Virus record (IMG/VR): IMGVR_UViG_3300043395_001970
Coordinates: 17,810 to 81,809 of that record
DNA length: 64,000 nt
From: a virus
Strand: one strand, 5' to 3'
The translations under genes and the position numbers were made by a program. This document shows positions 1 through 9,401 of this stretch, piece by piece. The notes below the pieces were generated by a model, which saw only the letters and a program-made list of their open reading frames with translations, had not been told where the DNA came from and ran no database searches. Each line of letters opens with the position of its first letter. Positions within the stretch are counted from its first letter, which is position 1.

Positions 1-1003
1 CATAAAGGTATGGATATGGATTTGATGCTACACTAACCATTTCAGGATAACATAATTTATTTGGAAGTAAGTAAGGGCAACCAACCGAAAATCCATCAGT
101 AGTTGATATACTCCAAGCTGAATATGTTTGGAATGTACCTACACCAAATTTAATTTTGGAAAGGAAATCCATATACTCATCTCTACCTGTCAATTTTACT
201 CTTTCATTCCAAGGCCTATCCACTTGTGCTAATGTAGTATATACTTTGAAATCTTGTCTCTTTTCCCAAATCTCATCTACACACTTCACAAACCATTCCC
301 ATCCGGTATAACCAGCATCTCTATGATTGAATATAACAGTCTTATCTTTATAATCAGAAACTTTTCTTGGATTAACTCTATCAACCCCCAAATAATGTGG
401 TTGAATAATTTGTTGTAATTTATCCAAAACATTTTGATTATAATGATTTGCTGCATGTTTGATTGTTAATTGCTTTAACCAATCACTATTAACTCCACAC
501 TCATCCATTTGTAACAAACCTGCTACTGAAGCATCTAACATATGTTTTGCATATGGTGCGTTTTCAGGAACTTCAAACCAATGTGAGTAACCAATAATTT
601 TTGGAGCTATGTTTGTATTATTGAATACACAATTTGCAATCTGATTTGTGTGTTCAGGCAAATGTGTATAGATAATATCCCAATCGTTATGTTTCCACTT
701 AATATACTCCATAAATTGAAGTGAATCAAAGTGGGTACGCATTTGATTAATATACGTTGGAAGGGTATATATCCGTTGGTCCACATTTGGAAAGTTTAGT
801 GACTTTACAAATTCAGGAATAAGGATTGTAAAATGTACTTTCCATCTTTTACTTATAAATGGAATAACTCTACGAAGAACTTCTACCAAGCTATCAGCTT
901 CTAAATTTTCTCTATATGTGTAATTTCCATAAACTAATATTTTGTAATCATATTGTTCATTCTCATACTTGTCTACTAAGAAATCAGTAATGTCTCTTGC
1001 CAT
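1..1003 (-). CDS. GT-B fold (GT4-like) glycosyltransferase, 3'-partial (runs off the left edge); possibly DNA-modifying
   Basis: Not in the ORF track. Manual translation from ATG at 1003 gives an open frame to position 1: MARDITDFLVDKYENEQYDYKILVYGNY...WDIIYTHLPEH...KTVIFNHR...WSISTTDGFSVGCPYLLPNKLCYPEM. The C-terminal segment resembles the GT-B nucleotide-sugar-binding motif. Confidence 0.75.
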   Translation of the reverse strand, partial: MARDITDFLVDKYENEQYDYKILVYGNYTYRENLEADSLVEVLRRVIPFISKRWKVHFTILIPEFVKSLNFPNVDQRIYTLPTYINQMRTHFDSLQFMEYIKWKHNDWDIIYTHLPEHTNQIANCVFNNTNIAPKIIGYSHWFEVPENAPYAKHMLDASVAGLLQMDECGVNSDWLKQLTIKHAANHYNQNVLDKLQQIIQPHYLGVDRVNPRKVSDYKDKTVIFNHRDAGYTGWEWFVKCVDEIWEKRQDFKVYTTLAQVDRPWNERVKLTGRDEYMDFLSKIKFGVGTFQTYSAWSISTTDGFSVGCPYLLPNKLCYPEMVSVASNPYPYLY

Positions 1004-1026
1004 ATTTTATTTTGTTTAATTTATTT

Positions 1027-1827
1027 TTACCAAAAATTTTCAGTACCTTCCGGCACTTCGTATGTTGTTAAATGATGTACAACTTCAGTATTAAAATCCA
1101 CACTATTTTTTGGATAGGGTTTGATTTCATGCTTCAGTGCTTTCATCAATTGTTTTTTTTCTTTCTTATCTTGCGCCAATATTTGAATGTATCGGTGCTT
1201 TGGTGGCTCCATTCTTCTCCAAAACTCTTTATATCCCTGCTTACCAATTTCTCTTTTAAGATGGTCTAAGTTACCACTACCCCACATTGAGAATACAGTT
1301 CTACTATGAATCCAATCGTATGGTTCTTTTTGTAGTGAGATACCCCAATTAGGCATCAATGCAATATCAGATGAAATACCCTGATATATCCAATTGGTTG
1401 CTTGATATATTCCACCCAAATGCTCTTGTCCAGCATCTGCATAGGATAGTAACAACTTAATGTTCTTATCATTTTCTTTCAACCACTTAAAGGATTGTGA
1501 TATAGCAAATGATTCAATATTAGAACCATACCCATCATCACAATACAAACGTGTCAACTCTAATGCATTATCTTTCGTCAATCCTTCACAAATAGAAGTT
1601 GCTGCTTTTGCTCCAACAGGAAATCCATAAATGATACAGCCAATTAGTTTATCACCATCAAAGGTACTAGCATCCTCTGCTTTGTAATAGATACCTAATG
1701 CGTAACGGCAAGAAGTCCAAGCGTGAGTGTAGTGTTTCTTAACAATAATATCCTTAGCGATATTCTTTGCTATTGGTGCTACATACACTTTACTTACATC
1801 ACAATATTGTTTACCTTCAACTTTCAT
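1027..1827 (-). CDS. Mom-like GNAT-fold DNA modification enzyme (paralogue A)
   Basis: HY, LELTRL and SYADxxxxHxGxIYQATNWIYxG motifs plus C-terminal KHRY..PYPK, typical of the phage Mu Mom family. Confidence 0.8.
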   Translation of the reverse strand: MKVEGKQYCDVSKVYVAPIAKNIAKDIIVKKHYTHAWTSCRYALGIYYKAEDASTFDGDKLIGCIIYGFPVGAKAATSICEGLTKDNALELTRLYCDDGYGSNIESFAISQSFKWLKENDKNIKLLLSYADAGQEHLGGIYQATNWIYQGISSDIALMPNWGISLQKEPYDWIHSRTVFSMWGSGNLDHLKREIGKQGYKEFWRRMEPPKHRYIQILAQDKKEKKQLMKALKHEIKPYPKNSVDFNTEVVHHLTTYEVPEGTENFW

Positions 1828-2068
1828 TTTTCTTTTTATTGGCCATAGCCTTTTCTAAGGTTGATTGCTTCTTTACTAATCTAGCTTCCTTCATTTGCTT
1901 CTTCATCATCTTATCATAACCTGGAGGAAATTTGTTCTCAACTGAAATTGGTCCATTTGGAAATTTCTTTAAATCATATTTCCAAATTGATTCAACCCCA
2001 TCATCATCTTTATACACATACTCAAACTTAGTTGGTTTATCTATTGGTTTTTCGGGCCACCTTCCCAT
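1817..2068 (-). CDS. small basic hypothetical protein (83 aa)
   Basis: ORF directly downstream of a host-type promoter; overlaps the start of Mom paralogue A. Confidence 0.7.
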   Translation of the reverse strand: MGRWPEKPIDKPTKFEYVYKDDDGVESIWKYDLKKFPNGPISVENKFPPGYDKMMKKQMKEARLVKKQSTLEKAMANKKKNES

Positions 2069-2082
2069 ATAATAAATTTATA

Positions 2083-2114
2083 CAAATATACAAAATTATT
2101 TTGAATCTACCAAA
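2083..2114 (-). promoter_or_regulatory. Bacteroidota-type sigma70 promoter
   Basis: Minus strand TTTG-N20-TATATTTG. Confidence 0.75.
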
Positions 2115-2869
2115 TTTATCGGGTCCATTTTATAAACTTCATCAATAATATCTAATTCTACCTTCGGATATGGTAAGACCTCATGTTTAAGCGATTTTAA
2201 GAGTGCTTTACGTTCCTTCTTATCTTTGGTTAGAATGTACACATATCGGTGCTTACGGGGTTCTCTTTTAATCCAGAATGGGCTTGTAACCATTGTCTGA
2301 ATTATCTTTGGGTCATTCGTTCCGTACTTCACATAGGATGTTCGAGAATGATGCCATTCATCATCCTCACTCCATTTGAAACTCCAACTATCTGACCATC
2401 TGATTTTGTTACCCTGATATATCCAATTGGTAGCTTGATATACCGTTCCTAAGTGTCCAGCGTTTGGGTCTGAATAAGATATTAGTGCTTTGATGTGTAG
2501 TGCGTTTTCTCTTAACCAATCAAATGTTCTTCCAACAAACCAGCTCTCAATATTACTACCATACCCATCAAATACAAAAAGGCGTGTCAATTCTAACACA
2601 CCATCTCTTGGTAGTAATTCAGAAATAGATGCACCTGCATTTCTACCAACCGGGTCACCATAACAGGCAACTCCAACTAACTTTTCATTTACACCACTAA
2701 AAAAAGAATGTTCTTCATCAGACATATAAAATAATCCTATGGCATAGGATACCTTTGTCCATATACCACTATAATGGTTATTGACAATAATATCCTTTGC
2801 TATATTCTTATTGATTTCTCTTATTGAGAATTTGGATATGTCACAATATTGTTTACCTTCTACTTTCAT
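2096..2869 (-). CDS. Mom-like GNAT-fold DNA modification enzyme (paralogue B)
   Basis: LELTRL, SYSDPNAGHLGTVYQATNWIYQG, KHRY, PYPK; same N-terminus (MKVEGKQYCD) as 1027..1827. Confidence 0.8.
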   Translation of the reverse strand: MKVEGKQYCDISKFSIREINKNIAKDIIVNNHYSGIWTKVSYAIGLFYMSDEEHSFFSGVNEKLVGVACYGDPVGRNAGASISELLPRDGVLELTRLFVFDGYGSNIESWFVGRTFDWLRENALHIKALISYSDPNAGHLGTVYQATNWIYQGNKIRWSDSWSFKWSEDDEWHHSRTSYVKYGTNDPKIIQTMVTSPFWIKREPRKHRYVYILTKDKKERKALLKSLKHEVLPYPKVELDIIDEVYKMDPINLVDSK

Positions 2870-3069
2870 AAGCTACCAGACCAAAATTCATTTAGATGTG
2901 CCCAAGTTTTACGTTGGATTATCTTCATTACATTGGCTGGAGAAACTTTATTGTTTCGCGCAATCACCTTTATATTTCGGTGACCCATACTCCATAATCT
3001 TCTGATGTTTAGAACTTGCTCATCTGTCAACTTTGCAGCTGGATGAGTTTGTCCTCTTAAAATAGCCAT
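2866..3069 (-). CDS. stand-alone HTH DNA-binding domain of the type found C-terminal in HNH homing endonucleases
   Basis: RGxxHPxAKLTxxQVxxIR...IAxxxxVS....xI.xRKTW pattern; no HNH catalytic part. Confidence 0.65.
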   Translation of the reverse strand: MAILRGQTHPAAKLTDEQVLNIRRLWSMGHRNIKVIARNNKVSPANVMKIIQRKTWAHLNEFWSGSL

Positions 3070-3088
3070 GTAACCTTTATTATTAAAT

Positions 3089-3355
3089 TTATTTTATTGC
3101 TTCGTTGATAGCATTTTTGTAAGCCATCTTTGAAGTTAGGCCTTGAAATCTTTCAATTATCACACCATCTTTTTCAACAACTACCAATGGAATTGATGTT
3201 ACACTATATTGTTGTGCTTCATTTGGAGAATTATCTACATCATATTCAATGAAAGTTGCCTGTCCATTAAATTCTTCTTTTAATTGTTCCAAAACAGGTT
3301 TTAGCATTCTGCATGGTCCACACCATTCTGCTCCAAATTTTTTAATCGTTACCAT
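3089..3355 (-). CDS. trxA: thioredoxin
   Basis: WCGPC active site, SIP cis-proline motif, 88 aa. Confidence 0.95.
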   Translation of the reverse strand: MVTIKKFGAEWCGPCRMLKPVLEQLKEEFNGQATFIEYDVDNSPNEAQQYSVTSIPLVVVEKDGVIIERFQGLTSKMAYKNAINEAIK

Positions 3356-3536
3356 TTTCTAAGTGTTTAAATTGTTTTTCTATTTTTATGTTACCAGCCT
3401 CATGCTTTGGTTCGTAAGGACAGTGTCTACATCCACTTCCACAACAGTAGCCACGCTCTATGTGGTATTGTGGAGTAAACACAATCCTACTACCCTCAAA
3501 GTAATACAGCTCCTCTCTTTCTTTATTTAACTTCAC
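3342..3536 (-). CDS. DUF5522-like Cys-rich small protein (start probably GTG at 3536; track gives 3566)
   Basis: HIERGYCCGSGCRHCPY motif; overlaps the nrdJ stop and the trxA start. Confidence 0.75.
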   Translation of the reverse strand: MKLNKEREELYYFEGSRIVFTPQYHIERGYCCGSGCRHCPYEPKHEAGNIKIEKQFKHLENGND

Positions 3537-5379
3537 AAGCTCCTCCTGCACACGCAGCCTCCGCACTCAAGTCGGTGTTATCTTCCAACTCTATAACTTT
3601 ACTTAAATCAACATCTGATAATGTTTTTAAAAGTTCTTCGTATTTTTCTTTTGTACAATCTTCAAATGGTGCTTGAATATAAGTTCCACCATCATAAGGT
3701 AATACTGATAATCCGTTGTAGAAATCTTTATTTTCCCACATCCATTCACCAACTGCTTTCCACTCATGCTCTCTGATAGAAATTGTAGCAGATACGTTGT
3801 GTGTATTGTTACCACTTCTATGGCCAGGCTTAACCCACTCACCATGCACCTTCTTAACTCTTTCTAAAAGTTGAAGTGGTGATTCGGTTCTAAAGATTGA
3901 ACCTTCCGGTGCTTTTTGTGGAATACCAATTACTGCGGTATCATGTGGTCTAAAGTATTCATCTTCTACCAATTCAGGATGATGCAATACTAAGTGTGAA
4001 TAGATACTTTCGTTTTTACCTACTCTTACTCTACGAATGTAATACTCATTGTGCCAAGCGTGAATACCAGATGATGTACCCAAAGTTAATGATGTAGTTC
4101 CAGCAGGCTTTACAGTTGTACATCTTGCTGAAGCGTTGATACCAATTATTTCCGCTACTCTTTTATTTTCTTCTTTCACAACTTTAGCTGCTGCTTTCAT
4201 ATCATGCTTTAGAATAGCACCACTACCAATACCTGTCATAGATACACCAATAAGTGCATCCTTTTCAGTTGTTCTTTGCCAAATTGGTCTTAGGTAATGG
4301 AAATCAGTATAGCCGGCTTGTAATGTTCCGATGAATGATGCTGCTTTTACTCTAGCTTCTAAATCAGCTTGGTCTATAATATCACTTACATTTACTTCAC
4401 ATAAGTTACAAAACTGATAAGGTCTTAATGCAATCTCACAACAAGGATTAGTTCCCCAATCTTTATCGTTTGATAAGTAGATACCAGGTTCACCTGCTCC
4501 ACTTGCTTCAATTCTTTTCCACAAATCCATAAAGTATTCTTTTGTGATTTTGTGTCTCATCAATACTGCTGAGTTGTTTGCTCTACCTCTTTGTGGATTT
4601 GTTTCCCACCATGCACCACTCTTACAACTAATCATCTTCTCATCGGTTGCTGAGAATAATGAAATAAGAGCTGCTCTACGAATACCACCTGCTAATACAG
4701 CATCAGCGATGTGGCAAATAATATCATGCACTTCAATTGGTTCTAATTTATCACCATCTTTGTGTGCATCTAAAATACCTTCTACTTTAATCAAACACTC
4801 TTTAAGTGGTTGTGGACCAGGTGCTTTACCACCCGATGTAATTAATCTTGCTCCTTTTGGTCTAATATCTCTGAAATCAAATACAGGCTTACTACCACCA
4901 AAGAAATAAGCTTTTACCAGTACCTGTACTGCATCTGCCCAACCTTCAATAGAATCACCTACTAAAAATCTTCTTGTCTTATCAGCGTTTGGTTTTCTGA
5001 TTTCAGGCAATTGGTCTACATGATGTTTTTGAACTGAATAACCTACACCAGTACCACCCAATAATAAGAACATAATTTCTGCAAATACTCTCCAATCATC
5101 AGCTGGTGCGAATGCACAATTATAAATTCTATTTGGGGAAATTTCAATTGGTTTGCCTGCAAATTGCATAGAACGCATTGAAGGTAAAACCTTTTTATCG
5201 TACACAAATTTGTAGTTCTCTTTAATCTCTTTCTTTAAGTTTGGATACTTCTTAATATGCATTTCCATATTACGAGTTACCAATTCTTCCCATGTTTCCC
5301 TTCTTTGTAATTCAGGAACGTACTTAGCGTATTTCATATACACTGTAATGTCCGATAAAATTTTTGTTGAAATGTCCAT
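3523..5379 (-). CDS. nrdJ: class II (adenosylcobalamin-dependent) ribonucleotide reductase
   Basis: YNC, GTNPCCEI, CNL, TTVKPAGT motifs, C-terminal CAGGAC redox pair; no beta subunit adjacent. Confidence 0.9.
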   Translation of the reverse strand: MDISTKILSDITVYMKYAKYVPELQRRETWEELVTRNMEMHIKKYPNLKKEIKENYKFVYDKKVLPSMRSMQFAGKPIEISPNRIYNCAFAPADDWRVFAEIMFLLLGGTGVGYSVQKHHVDQLPEIRKPNADKTRRFLVGDSIEGWADAVQVLVKAYFFGGSKPVFDFRDIRPKGARLITSGGKAPGPQPLKECLIKVEGILDAHKDGDKLEPIEVHDIICHIADAVLAGGIRRAALISLFSATDEKMISCKSGAWWETNPQRGRANNSAVLMRHKITKEYFMDLWKRIEASGAGEPGIYLSNDKDWGTNPCCEIALRPYQFCNLCEVNVSDIIDQADLEARVKAASFIGTLQAGYTDFHYLRPIWQRTTEKDALIGVSMTGIGSGAILKHDMKAAAKVVKEENKRVAEIIGINASARCTTVKPAGTTSLTLGTSSGIHAWHNEYYIRRVRVGKNESIYSHLVLHHPELVEDEYFRPHDTAVIGIPQKAPEGSIFRTESPLQLLERVKKVHGEWVKPGHRSGNNTHNVSATISIREHEWKAVGEWMWENKDFYNGLSVLPYDGGTYIQAPFEDCTKEKYEELLKTLSDVDLSKVIELEDNTDLSAEAACAGGACEVK

Positions 5380-5542
5380 AATTGTTTAAATGTTAAAATG
5401 TGAGTAAATATTTTTTCAGGAAAACCTGAAAATAAAAAAATAAATATGTGGTCACTCACCAAACAACATACTTTTGTGGATAAAAAATCCACTTTTTTTA
5501 AAATATTTTTAGGTGTCAACAACTGACCCTATTAAAACATAT

Positions 5543-5563
5543 GAAAGGGGAGAGTTACTCCCC
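5543..5563 (-). terminator. probable intrinsic terminator
   Basis: GGGGAG-TAACT-CTCCCC followed by TTT, directly after the Hc1-like gene. Confidence 0.55.
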
Positions 5564-5568
5564 TATCA

Positions 5569-5742
5569 TTATGCTGCCTTTTGCTCTTCTGTTGAAGCTT
5601 TCTTATACGCGGTTACTAATTTCTTCAACTCACCAATTGCTTTTCTAGCTCTTGCTTTGTTTACTTTCTTAGTACCATTGTGCTCAGTTTCAAAAGTTGT
5701 GAATAGAGCTTTCATTTTTTCGAATAGTTCTTGACTGTTCAT
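5569..5742 (-). CDS. Hc1 / histone H1-like nucleoid protein (57 aa)
   Basis: Below the track cutoff: MNSQELFEKMKALFTTFETEHNGTKKVNKARARKAIGELKKLVTAYKKASTEEQKAA, ending TAA TGA TAG. The RARKA..ELKKL...YKK.S pattern resembles Hc1. Confidence 0.7.
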   Translation of the reverse strand: MNSQELFEKMKALFTTFETEHNGTKKVNKARARKAIGELKKLVTAYKKASTEEQKAA

Positions 5743-5761
5743 AGTTTTTGTTTTTAAATGT

Positions 5762-7156
5762 TTATCCTAATCCCGTATTGGTATTTGTTTTATTACCAAT
5801 CGGCATTGCTTCCATATACTTTTTATGTAACAATTGTCTTTCCATTTCGGCACCATTTGCACTTTCCTTAGTTGCTATCATTCCATCTGGCGATGTTGCT
5901 GTGTAAACATCTAAAGTACCATGCGTAGTATCCATCTTCGCTGGGAAGGTGATACCATCTTGTCCGAAACGATTCTTCATAATATGCACCCTAGCGGTAT
6001 TGTTCAATTTATCTTTAGCTTTTCTACTCAAACTCATAATAAAATCTGCGTTCATTACTTTAGCGTAAGAATCTGCAATCTTATCTGCTTCAATAACTTC
6101 CGAATCAATTGCTGAACGATTGGTTTGCGATGCTGTCCAAATTGGAATTCCTAACTCACCACTCATTCCTCTTAAATCAATATACACACCACCTTGCTCA
6201 GCGTATGTACTATCGGTTTTGTTAGAATGTGATAATAGTAAATCGGCGTAATCCACAATAACTAAATCGGGCTTATTACCGGCTGCCATCATCTTTTCTA
6301 AATGAGCTTGAATTGTTTTTGAACTTGCTGCTTTAGGTGGGAAGTATTTTATTTTGAGTTTACCTCTCAACTTCTTTAATGCGGAAAGTACTTGTTCTTT
6401 TTTCTCTGCTAAATCATGCGATGCTATGTGTGAGAATACGGTATCGTATCTCAAACCAACATACTCTTGTGATAATTCCAAAGAATAATGTGCAACGGTC
6501 ATACCAGCTCTTACAGCGGCTGCTCCTAAAGCACATAATACCCAAGTCTTACCAACACCAGAAGGTGCTACTACCACTCCTAATTCGCCAGGTCCTAAAC
6601 CACCATTCATTAATTCGTTGATACATTCCCAATCAGTTGGTACAGTATCACGTTTTGTTTCATCGTATCTCTTTTCAAAATCAATAAGATAATCCATTCC
6701 CAAATCTGAATCAACACCTACTTTCATTGCCTTATCAACCAAGTCTTTGATTTTATCATAGTTGCCCGATTTCAACAAATCAATAGATTGTACAATTACA
6801 TTCTTTAAGTTTTGGTTTATACAAAATGATGTGAACTCATCTTTGATATATGCTAAATCAGTATTACCAATTTGTCCATATACTTCTTTGAGTTGAGTTA
6901 CGATTGTCTTTTGTAGAGATTGGTTTTCAAGTTTAGATACTTGAACTTTGAATACATCTAACGAAGGTACTTTATTGTAATCTTTATGATGCGATACAAT
7001 TTCATCCACTATCCATTTATTTGCTTCGGATTCAAAGAACTTCTTATGGATTACATCTGAAAGTGTATCCATCATTCGTTCATCCGTAAGCAAAGCAGAT
7101 ATTACTTTGGTCTGAAATGATTGCCCATATTTTGAAAGTGTATCTTCGCTGTGCAT
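5762..7156 (-). CDS. replicative SF4 helicase (DnaB / T4 gp41-like)
   Basis: Walker A APSGVGKT, SLE, VDYADLL, WTASQTNR, KNRFG. Confidence 0.92.
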   Translation of the reverse strand: MHSEDTLSKYGQSFQTKVISALLTDERMMDTLSDVIHKKFFESEANKWIVDEIVSHHKDYNKVPSLDVFKVQVSKLENQSLQKTIVTQLKEVYGQIGNTDLAYIKDEFTSFCINQNLKNVIVQSIDLLKSGNYDKIKDLVDKAMKVGVDSDLGMDYLIDFEKRYDETKRDTVPTDWECINELMNGGLGPGELGVVVAPSGVGKTWVLCALGAAAVRAGMTVAHYSLELSQEYVGLRYDTVFSHIASHDLAEKKEQVLSALKKLRGKLKIKYFPPKAASSKTIQAHLEKMMAAGNKPDLVIVDYADLLLSHSNKTDSTYAEQGGVYIDLRGMSGELGIPIWTASQTNRSAIDSEVIEADKIADSYAKVMNADFIMSLSRKAKDKLNNTARVHIMKNRFGQDGITFPAKMDTTHGTLDVYTATSPDGMIATKESANGAEMERQLLHKKYMEAMPIGNKTNTNTGLG

Positions 7157-7171
7157 AATTTAATTGGTTTA

Positions 7172-7203
7172 CAAATATACAACAATTTAGTGATTACACC
7201 AAA
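7172..7203 (-). promoter_or_regulatory. Bacteroidota-type sigma70 promoter (helicase)
   Basis: TTTG-N20-TATATTTG. Confidence 0.75.
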
Positions 7204-8247
7204 TTATTTTACTATTATATTTGTATAAGTTGATTTTAACCAATCGTTTATGTCTTTCCAGTTCTGAAGGATTTTATACTTCATAGCGGCTTTGATAAAT
7301 TCCATCTTATCAAACTTTTTGTTTGGTTCAGCGAATCTATCATTTATTTTCAACTTCGTATTTGTATTGATATGTGGTTCTTGCAATTGCATGATTTGTC
7401 TATTTCGTAACACATCATTTTTTGATGCAAGTATATCTTCATAGATTTTGGCTTCTCCCTTTTTATCTTCACATATTTGAAAGAACTCATCAAAAGTTAT
7501 TTCTCTATCTTCAGTTAATTCAGGAAATCTTTTAAGAACAGTCTTTAATCCACATCCCTTAACGCCAGGCACATTATCAGAGTTATCTCCATCTAATGTT
7601 CTGAATAGTAAAAGGTTTTGTGGATACAATCCATATTCTTCTTTAACCATTTCTCTATTGTAAAGTTTCTTTTTAGTTGGTGAATAGACAAATGTCTTTT
7701 CATCCACTAATTGTAAAAAATCTTTATCGGTAGAAACAATGAAACATTCTTCACCTTCACCAAGCACATGCTTAGCAATGTGTCCAATTACATCATCTGC
7801 TTCTATACCATCATATATCATTGTAGTGATTGGTAAACTATCTAATAGGTCTACTAACCACACAAATTGTCTTTTCATTGAAAGTTGCTCATCTTCTTGA
7901 GACATCATTTCTGGGTATTGTCTATTAACCCTAAAACGATTCTTACCTCTATCAGCTTTATATCCTTCAAACAATTCTTTCCTACCTTTAGAACCACCCT
8001 TACCATCAAAGGTTAAGATAACTCTAGTTGGATTGAATTGGCGGATTGAATATCCGATTGAATTTAGTGAACCAATAACTCCACCCGTATGGTCACCATC
8101 CTCATTCATTGTGGGGTTGGTAGTCCAGCTACGGATGAAGGTATTGAGTCCATCTATGATAAGAACTCTACCATTCCTCACCCTTTGGATGTTGGCAGTA
8201 TGTTCTACTTCTACTTCATTAAGTAATTGTTTGTAAAGTTCTTTCAT
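7204..8247 (-). CDS. 5'-3' exonuclease / flap endonuclease (Pol I N-terminal domain, T4 RNase H-like)
   Basis: IIDGLN, FDG, YKADR, EADDVIG, STDKDFLQL, GDNSDNVPGVKGCGLKT. Confidence 0.92.
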   Translation of the reverse strand: MKELYKQLLNEVEVEHTANIQRVRNGRVLIIDGLNTFIRSWTTNPTMNEDGDHTGGVIGSLNSIGYSIRQFNPTRVILTFDGKGGSKGRKELFEGYKADRGKNRFRVNRQYPEMMSQEDEQLSMKRQFVWLVDLLDSLPITTMIYDGIEADDVIGHIAKHVLGEGEECFIVSTDKDFLQLVDEKTFVYSPTKKKLYNREMVKEEYGLYPQNLLLFRTLDGDNSDNVPGVKGCGLKTVLKRFPELTEDREITFDEFFQICEDKKGEAKIYEDILASKNDVLRNRQIMQLQEPHINTNTKLKINDRFAEPNKKFDKMEFIKAAMKYKILQNWKDINDWLKSTYTNIIVK

Positions 8248-8262
8248 TTTTTGTAACCTTTA

Positions 8263-9384
8263 TTAATCACCTATTACTTCTGAGTCTGTCACCAAACTAT
8301 CAGTATCAAGTGAATCTTTTTTGTATTGTGAAATTGTTGCTTCGCAAATCCTTTTATAGATTTGCTCCCTAACTTCATTGTTAGCATCTAACGTTGAAGG
8401 GAAATCTTTGGATTGGAATTTAATCACTTCACCAGTATCAATATCAGTATATTCATACCAAGCTCCTGATTGTTTTACAATACCATTGTCCTTCATTATT
8501 GCTAACCAAGCTCCATAGTTATCAATTCCTCTGTCAAAGAAGATATCGAAATCGGCGGAACGTAACGGCGGTCCCATCCTATTCTTTACTACCTGACAAC
8601 GTACTTTGATACCTACGATTCTTTCGTTACCATTCTCCTTAGCCTTAATAGTTCCCATACTCTTTAATCTCAAACGAACTGAAGCATGGAAAGCGATTGC
8701 TTTACCACCACTTGTTGTCCAAGGGTCAGAGAAAGGCATTGCGTTCATTTTCTGTCTTAACTGATTTGTGAAAACCAATGTGATTTTCTGTCTACCAATT
8801 AAGTTAGTGATTTTACGCATTGCTTTGGAAATAATGATTGCCTTATCGGTAGCGTAACCATCTTTACCATAATCTGCTTCCATTTCTTTTTCAGTAGATG
8901 CGGCGGCAACGGAATCCACCACAATCGTTACATACTTATCTTTGGATTGCGTTCTTACTTTTTCGATGATTGTTTCGGTGTACTCAAAACATTGTTCAAC
9001 AGTCTCAGCTGCTACATACAACATCTTAGATACATCAACTCCGATAGCTTCTAAGAACTCTCTACTTACGGCATTTTCAGTATCAATCAACACAGCGATA
9101 CCACCTAACTTTTGTGTTTCGGCAAGTAAGTGTGCTGAAAGTAATGATTTACCACTTTGCTCAAGTCCTGTCACTTCGGTAATTCTACCAACAGGCAAAC
9201 CACCATAAGGTCTATTGGAAATAGCAACGTCCAACAACGATGCTCCGGTTGAAATCCAACCATCTACATTTGTTGGTGCTTCATCAGAATCCAAAAAGAA
9301 TGCTACTCTTTGGTCCTTTGATTGTTTGTTTAGTGACTCGGCCAGCACTGCTGCCAAATCAACTTCTTTAGTTGCTTTTGCCAT
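8263..9384 (-). CDS. recA: RecA/UvsX recombinase
   Basis: GGLPVGRITE, GLEQSGKS, IDTE, VVDSVAA, NQLR, GGKAIAFHASVRL, KNR. Confidence 0.93.
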   Translation of the reverse strand: MAKATKEVDLAAVLAESLNKQSKDQRVAFFLDSDEAPTNVDGWISTGASLLDVAISNRPYGGLPVGRITEVTGLEQSGKSLLSAHLLAETQKLGGIAVLIDTENAVSREFLEAIGVDVSKMLYVAAETVEQCFEYTETIIEKVRTQSKDKYVTIVVDSVAAASTEKEMEADYGKDGYATDKAIIISKAMRKITNLIGRQKITLVFTNQLRQKMNAMPFSDPWTTSGGKAIAFHASVRLRLKSMGTIKAKENGNERIVGIKVRCQVVKNRMGPPLRSADFDIFFDRGIDNYGAWLAIMKDNGIVKQSGAWYEYTDIDTGEVIKFQSKDFPSTLDANNEVREQIYKRICEATISQYKKDSLDTDSLVTDSEVIGD

Positions 9385-9401
9385 ATTCTTTATAACTTAT
9401 T

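Noticed and set aside
5435-5480. NrdR boxes or cobalamin riboswitch upstream of nrdJ
   Set aside because: Candidate boxes miss conserved positions and have the wrong spacing; no B12-box is recognisable.
3523-9384. Inteins or introns in nrdJ, helicase or recA
   Set aside because: Lengths are typical and motifs are contiguous.
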